Assembly: GCA_018399685.1 (NCBI GenBank)
Contig: JAGYOK010000007.1
Coordinates: forward strand, 10,272-74,271
Source of the DNA: Alphaproteobacteria bacterium
Lineage (GTDB): Bacteria > Pseudomonadota > Alphaproteobacteria > Micavibrionales > Micavibrionaceae
Direction of reading: 5' to 3'
Length of the DNA stretch: 64,000 nucleotides
Shown here: piece after piece, positions 60,110 through 64,000 of the stretch
How positions within the stretch are numbered: the first letter of the stretch is position 1
Layout of the letters: every line of letters begins with the position of its first letter
Position numbers and translations under genes: made by a program
Notes under the pieces: model-generated
What the model saw: the letters and a program-made list of their open reading frames with translations, nothing else
Told to the model about the DNA's origin: nothing
Databases searched by the model: none

Positions 60110-61385
60110 TCAATATTCTTTCTTGGCGGTAATTTTCATAGAGAATAATTATTGGTATTATAAACCCTATGGTGCAAAACATTATATTAACGGTGTCTTT
60201 TAGGGGAAGCCAGAAATAAGAAATTGCGGCACAAACAAAGCCAAGTGTTATTGCTCCTATACTACTATAAGAAATAAATAAACCTTCACAAAAAGAATAT
60301 AAAAGCATCGAATACACTTTCTGAGCTATTATCGCACCTAAGAAAATACTTAATGAAAGTAGATCCCATAAATTGCCTTTTACTGGTAAATCAAACATTG
60401 CATCTACATAAAAGGGGCCTATGATAGCTATTAATAATCCAACTAAAATACCAAATCCAATACCAGAACTCGCAAATAACCTTAACATCATGTGTTTACG
60501 TTTATTGGATAAACTTTCCCAATGTATAGAAATAAAGCTTGTTAATGGAAATAAAATGAGCATGAATGGCGATGAGAAGGTCATAAAAAGCCTATAAATT
60601 GTTCCAATCCATGCAGAATAATCTGCGGAGGCTGCCTGAGATAGAAAATATATGGTGAACCCCATAATAGATGATAAAATCCCAGCAGAAAGTATAACTG
60701 CTAGAGATGTTTTGAATAATAGAAATAAGCCTTTTATTTTACCGGATAATAAATATTTACGTTGATATAATAGAAATAACATGGTTGCCAAGCTAGCTAT
60801 TGCATAAGGATGCATAATTATGCCTGAGAGCAATGCATATCCTTTAGGAATACCAAATATTATAACAAGCCCATATATAACTACCTGTGCAATTAATTGA
60901 AAATTTGCAGTTATATAATGCTCATTGAAAGAAGCTCTCATACTATCAAATGTATTAAGAAAAGCCGAGATAACGGGCAAAATAGCAATTAAAACTAAAA
61001 CTTTGGAAGCCCATGAGTTAAATGATATTCCTCCGACAACAACCAAAAATATTATCGACAAGAAAAAAATGGAAAGTGTCGCAGTAACAAAAATATTTGC
61101 TTGTTCTGATTTATTCTTAGCTCCATAGGCCTTAGCAAGATCCCTTCTTGCAACTGTTTTTATTCCATCAAAAGGGAAGCACAAAGAAGCCCCTAGTCCT
61201 ATCGCGGCAAGTAATTTACCATACATCTCCGAACCCAGAGCATCACTTATCATTGGCAATATGAAAAATATTGATAATATGCCCGGGCTTTTTGCAAAAA
61301 CATTGAATAATAAAGACAAGACAAGCTGTTTATAAGCTTTGTTTTGTAATATTTTTTTATATAAGTTCGTAATTATCTTCATCAA
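60096..61385 (-). CDS. wzx: Wzx-like polysaccharide flippase (MOP superfamily)
   Basis: 429-aa ORF with about 12 hydrophobic segments, very AT-rich. Its position after glycosyltransferase genes fits a flippase. Confidence 0.7.
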   Translation of the reverse strand: MMKIITNLYKKILQNKAYKQLVLSLLFNVFAKSPGILSIFFILPMISDALGSEMYGKLLAAIGLGASLCFPFDGIKTVARRDLAKAYGAKNKSEQANIFVTATLSIFFLSIIFLVVVGGISFNSWASKVLVLIAILPVISAFLNTFDSMRASFNEHYITANFQLIAQVVIYGLVIIFGIPKGYALLSGIIMHPYAIASLATMLFLLYQRKYLLSGKIKGLFLLFKTSLAVILSAGILSSIMGFTIYFLSQAASADYSAWIGTIYRLFMTFSSPFMLILFPLTSFISIHWESLSNKRKHMMLRLFASSGIGFGILVGLLIAIIGPFYVDAMFDLPVKGNLWDLLSLSIFLGAIIAQKVYSMLLYSFCEGLFISYSSIGAITLGFVCAAISYFWLPLKDTVNIMFCTIGFIIPIIILYENYRQERILTNQG

Positions 61386-62305
61386 TCAAAACTAATCGTT
61401 TCTATAGTTTCATCAATAGATATAAATAATTGTTCTTTTTGCTGTTGATCTGAAATTTTATGATCCATTATTTCTGTTTTAAGCCATATAGAAGGCATAT
61501 TTCCTAAAAAGGCAGCCCAATAAGAAAAGGTAGATCTGGAGCCAACAAGAATAGATGCCCCACTCATTGTAAGTAAATCATCAAGATCCGTAGAGCCTCT
61601 ATATATTTCAAGATTATTTTTGTTAAGTAACGGAGCTAAATCCGATTCTTTTCCATCAGAAAAGATTCTCACAGGCATATCAGGATAGCTTTTACTTAAA
61701 GCATCAATAATATTGCTATACCAAGGAAAAGGGATTCTGGTGTTTACAGCACCTTTTTTTATTAATGACAAATCTTCTACAACCTTAAAATCTCCCAATC
61801 TTATATGAACGGCTATATAATTTCCTTTACCCCAGCTGATTTTGTCTTGATAATTCTCGCGAATAATTTCAATAAAGCGAGATCTTATGTCGTTTCTGTA
61901 CTCATATAACCCATCAAAAGTAAATTTAAAGTCACGAAAAGAAACAATATTCAGAGCACCTTTTTTAACCTTAATATTCTGATTATCACCAAGGAATATT
62001 TCATTTCTGCTCATCCATTTATTAATCAATAACAATATTTTTTGAATACCAGAAATATCTTGTAATGATGGCTTGAATATCCCCCAATAAAATCTCTTAG
62101 ATCTTTCTCCACGTAAAATGGGACCCACTTTTAGCGTGGGCCACGGAGGGTTAATAAGTTTACCATCATGCTTCTTGGCTAAAACAAAAGCATGGAAATA
62201 GTTATATAAACCATTACCAATGCCATGCCCTGCTACGCGAAATAGCCAACAATCTTTATTTGCTCCCAAAAGCGGATAGAAGTATGTTTCTTTGTTATTA
62301 ATCAT
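61382..62305 (-). CDS. GT11-type alpha-1,2-fucosyltransferase (putative)
   Basis: The motifs VHIRLGDF (HxRRGDY-like) and [14 protein letters not shown] (STFSWWAA-like) are present, and gmd-fcl lie adjacent. The start is taken as the ATG at 62305. The track ORF extends to 62344. Confidence 0.7.
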   Translation of the reverse strand: MINNKETYFYPLLGANKDCWLFRVAGHGIGNGLYNYFHAFVLAKKHDGKLINPPWPTLKVGPILRGERSKRFYWGIFKPSLQDISGIQKILLLINKWMSRNEIFLGDNQNIKVKKGALNIVSFRDFKFTFDGLYEYRNDIRSRFIEIIRENYQDKISWGKGNYIAVHIRLGDFKVVEDLSLIKKGAVNTRIPFPWYSNIIDALSKSYPDMPVRIFSDGKESDLAPLLNKNNLEIYRGSTDLDDLLTMSGASILVGSRSTFSYWAAFLGNMPSIWLKTEIMDHKISDQQQKEQLFISIDETIETISFD

Positions 62306-63254
62306 TTTTCCAAGCCCTATTCTCCAAATACCACTGATACGCACTTTTCAGGCCAAGCTCAAGCGATGTGTCCGCTTTCCAGCCCATATTGCCAAGGCGG
62401 GTGCTGTCCATCAATTTACGCGGAGTGCCGTCGGGTTTGGAGGTATCAAAGATAAACTCCCCATCAAAACCAATGACTTTGGCGATAGTTTCGGCCAATT
62501 CACGGATGCTATGCTCTACGCCGGAACCAACATTTATGTGCGGCTCATCAGAGTAATTCTTGAGCAAGAACACAAGCGCATCGGCCAGATCATCGACAAA
62601 CAAAAACTCACGCAGAGGCGTACCTGTCCCCCAAAGCTCCATAGAGCTATCCCCCGCCAATTTGGCGCGGTGGGCTTTTTGGATAAGCGCAGCAACAACG
62701 TGGGAGCCTTTCTCATCGTAATTATCCCCCGCTCCAAATAAATTCGTGGGCATAGCGGAAATAAAATCACAGCCATATTGGCGGCGATAGGCTTGGCACA
62801 TCTTTATTCCGGCGATTTTGGCAATCGCATACCACTGGTTTGTTTCTTCAAGTGGGCCGGTGAGTAGAGCTTCCTCTTTCATTGGTTGCTCGGCCATTTT
62901 AGGGTAAATGCAAGAAGAGCCCAAAAAGACCAATTTCTCCACTCCGGCCAGATAAGAACCATGAATAACGTTGGTTTCAATCATCAGATTGTCATAGAGA
63001 AAATCTGCGGGATATGTGTCATTCGCCCAGATGCCGCCAACTTTGGCAGCAGCCAAAAAAACCACATCTGGCTTGTTTTCGGCCAGCCAAGCGTGGGTTT
63101 GTGTCTGATCGAGAAGATCAAGCGTATCGCGTCCGGCAATGATAATCTCGCAATCTTCGGAGGCCAAACGGCGGATAAGCGCGCTGCCTACCATGCCACG
63201 GTGTCCTGCTACCCAAATCTTTTTTCCTGATATGTCAAACTTATTCATTTCCAT
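62298..63254 (-). CDS. fcl: GDP-L-fucose synthase
   Basis: Contains [15 protein letters not shown] (the NAD(P) Rossmann motif), YAIAK and full-length Fcl conservation. The start ATG at 63254 (or 63248) overlaps the gmd stop. The longer track ORF (to 63422) runs into gmd. Confidence 0.92.
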   Translation of the reverse strand: MEMNKFDISGKKIWVAGHRGMVGSALIRRLASEDCEIIIAGRDTLDLLDQTQTHAWLAENKPDVVFLAAAKVGGIWANDTYPADFLYDNLMIETNVIHGSYLAGVEKLVFLGSSCIYPKMAEQPMKEEALLTGPLEETNQWYAIAKIAGIKMCQAYRRQYGCDFISAMPTNLFGAGDNYDEKGSHVVAALIQKAHRAKLAGDSSMELWGTGTPLREFLFVDDLADALVFLLKNYSDEPHINVGSGVEHSIRELAETIAKVIGFDGEFIFDTSKPDGTPRKLMDSTRLGNMGWKADTSLELGLKSAYQWYLENRAWKND

Positions 63255-64000
63255 GATTGCGCCGCCCTTTTTCCTCGGCCACAGTTTTAAGATCGGCTTC
63301 CACCATCTCCCTAACCAGTTGTTTGAACCCGATCTTATGTGACCATCCCAGCTTTTCCCGCGCCTTGGAGGGGTCACCAAGCAAAAGCTCAACCTCGGTT
63401 GGCCGGAAGTAACGCGGATCAATCTCGATCAGCACGCGCCCCGTCGCCGCATCAATCCCCTTTTCATCAACACCGGAGCCTTGCCAATCAATAGTTATGC
63501 CTCGCTCGGCAAAGGCCAGCTCTATAAACTCGCGCACACTGTGCGTTTCGCCAGTGGCAAGAATAAAGTCTTCAGGCTCATCTTGCTGCAAGAGGAGCCA
63601 CATTCCCTCGACATAGTCCTTTGCATGCCCCCAATCGCGTTTTGCATCAATGTTCCCGATATAGAGTTTGTCTTGCATCCCAAGCTCAATGGCGGCAACG
63701 GCGCGGGTAATCTTGCGGGTAACAAAAGTCTCCCCGCGGGTCGGTCCTTCGTGGTTGAACAAAATCCCGTTACACGCGTACATGCCGTACGCCTCGCGAT
63801 AGTTAACCGTGATCCAGTATGCATAAAGTTTTGCGGCTGCATAAGGACTACGCGGATAAAAGGGCGTGGTTTCTTTTTGCGGGGTTTCCTGAACTTTCCC
63901 GAACAGCTCTGAGGTTGAAGCCTGATAGAAGCGGGTTTTCTTCTCCAGCCCCAATATCCTGATGGCTTCAAGCAGACGTAAAGTACCCATCGCATCGGAA
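63241..64000 (-). CDS. gmd: GDP-mannose 4,6-dehydratase (5' end outside window)
   Basis: The segments [32 protein letters not shown] and [17 protein letters not shown] are diagnostic. The reading frame stays open to the window edge. Confidence 0.95.
   Translation of the reverse strand, partial: SDAMGTLRLLEAIRILGLEKKTRFYQASTSELFGKVQETPQKETTPFYPRSPYAAAKLYAYWITVNYREAYGMYACNGILFNHEGPTRGETFVTRKITRAVAAIELGMQDKLYIGNIDAKRDWGHAKDYVEGMWLLLQQDEPEDFILATGETHSVREFIELAFAERGITIDWQGSGVDEKGIDAATGRVLIEIDPRYFRPTEVELLLGDPSKAREKLGWSHKIGFKQLVREMVEADLKTVAEEKGRRNHGNE

Noticed and set aside
62292-63995. Plus-strand ORFs 62292-62741, 62886-63230 and 63481-63912, and minus-strand alternative frame 63522-63995, within fcl and gmd
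   Set aside because: They overlap the diagnostic Fcl and Gmd reading frames, and high GC inflates spurious ORF length. The N-terminal extension of the fcl track ORF (63255-63422) runs inside gmd and was trimmed to the MEMNKF start.

Overview
This window is a moderately AT-rich alphaproteobacterial chromosome segment. The lineage markers are a CcrM-type methyltransferase, PopZ/DUF2497, zapA with an upstream DUF4164 gene, an F0 operon with both b and b' subunits, and ruvCAB next to ybgC-tolQRAB. From 1 to about 51 kb it is almost entirely conserved housekeeping: proB, pepN, rnhB, ccrM, folB, efp, suhB, smc, atpIBEF'F, proA, nadD, rsfS, rlmH, envC-like, ctpA, rppH, tolBARQ, ybgC, ruvBAC, yebC, tkt, gap, fba, epmA, rpmE, valS, popZ, pcm, gpt and metA. 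From tRNA-Asn (50992-51066) to the window end lies an accessory surface-polysaccharide locus with strongly mosaic base composition. It encodes a LamG protein, a WcaI-like GT, an exosortase-EpsI fusion, a Wzy/ligase-like membrane protein, a GH71-like secreted enzyme, two GT4 enzymes, a Wzx flippase, a GT11-type fucosyltransferase, fcl and a partial gmd. Features the ORF track misses are tRNA-Cys, tRNA-Asn, a 6S RNA candidate in the zapA-ssrS-ygfA slot, several intrinsic terminators, and a cluster of four GANTC sites upstream of ccrM. I see no CRISPR array, IS element, integrase, prophage or recognisable multi-gene defence system. The best candidates for something new are modest. One is a self-contained two-gene wHTH module in the slot where pgk normally lies between gap and fba (40.5-41.4 kb). 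Another is a stand-alone membrane-anchored EndoU-like nuclease with no delivery domain or immunity gene (42.6-43.3 kb). A third is a receiver protein with an Arg-rich tail plus a possible His-less Hpt-like partner (33.2-34.3 kb). The last is the exosortase/fucose polysaccharide locus with a promoter-terminator leader. All functional calls rest on motif recognition by eye and on synteny. No database search or structure prediction was run.
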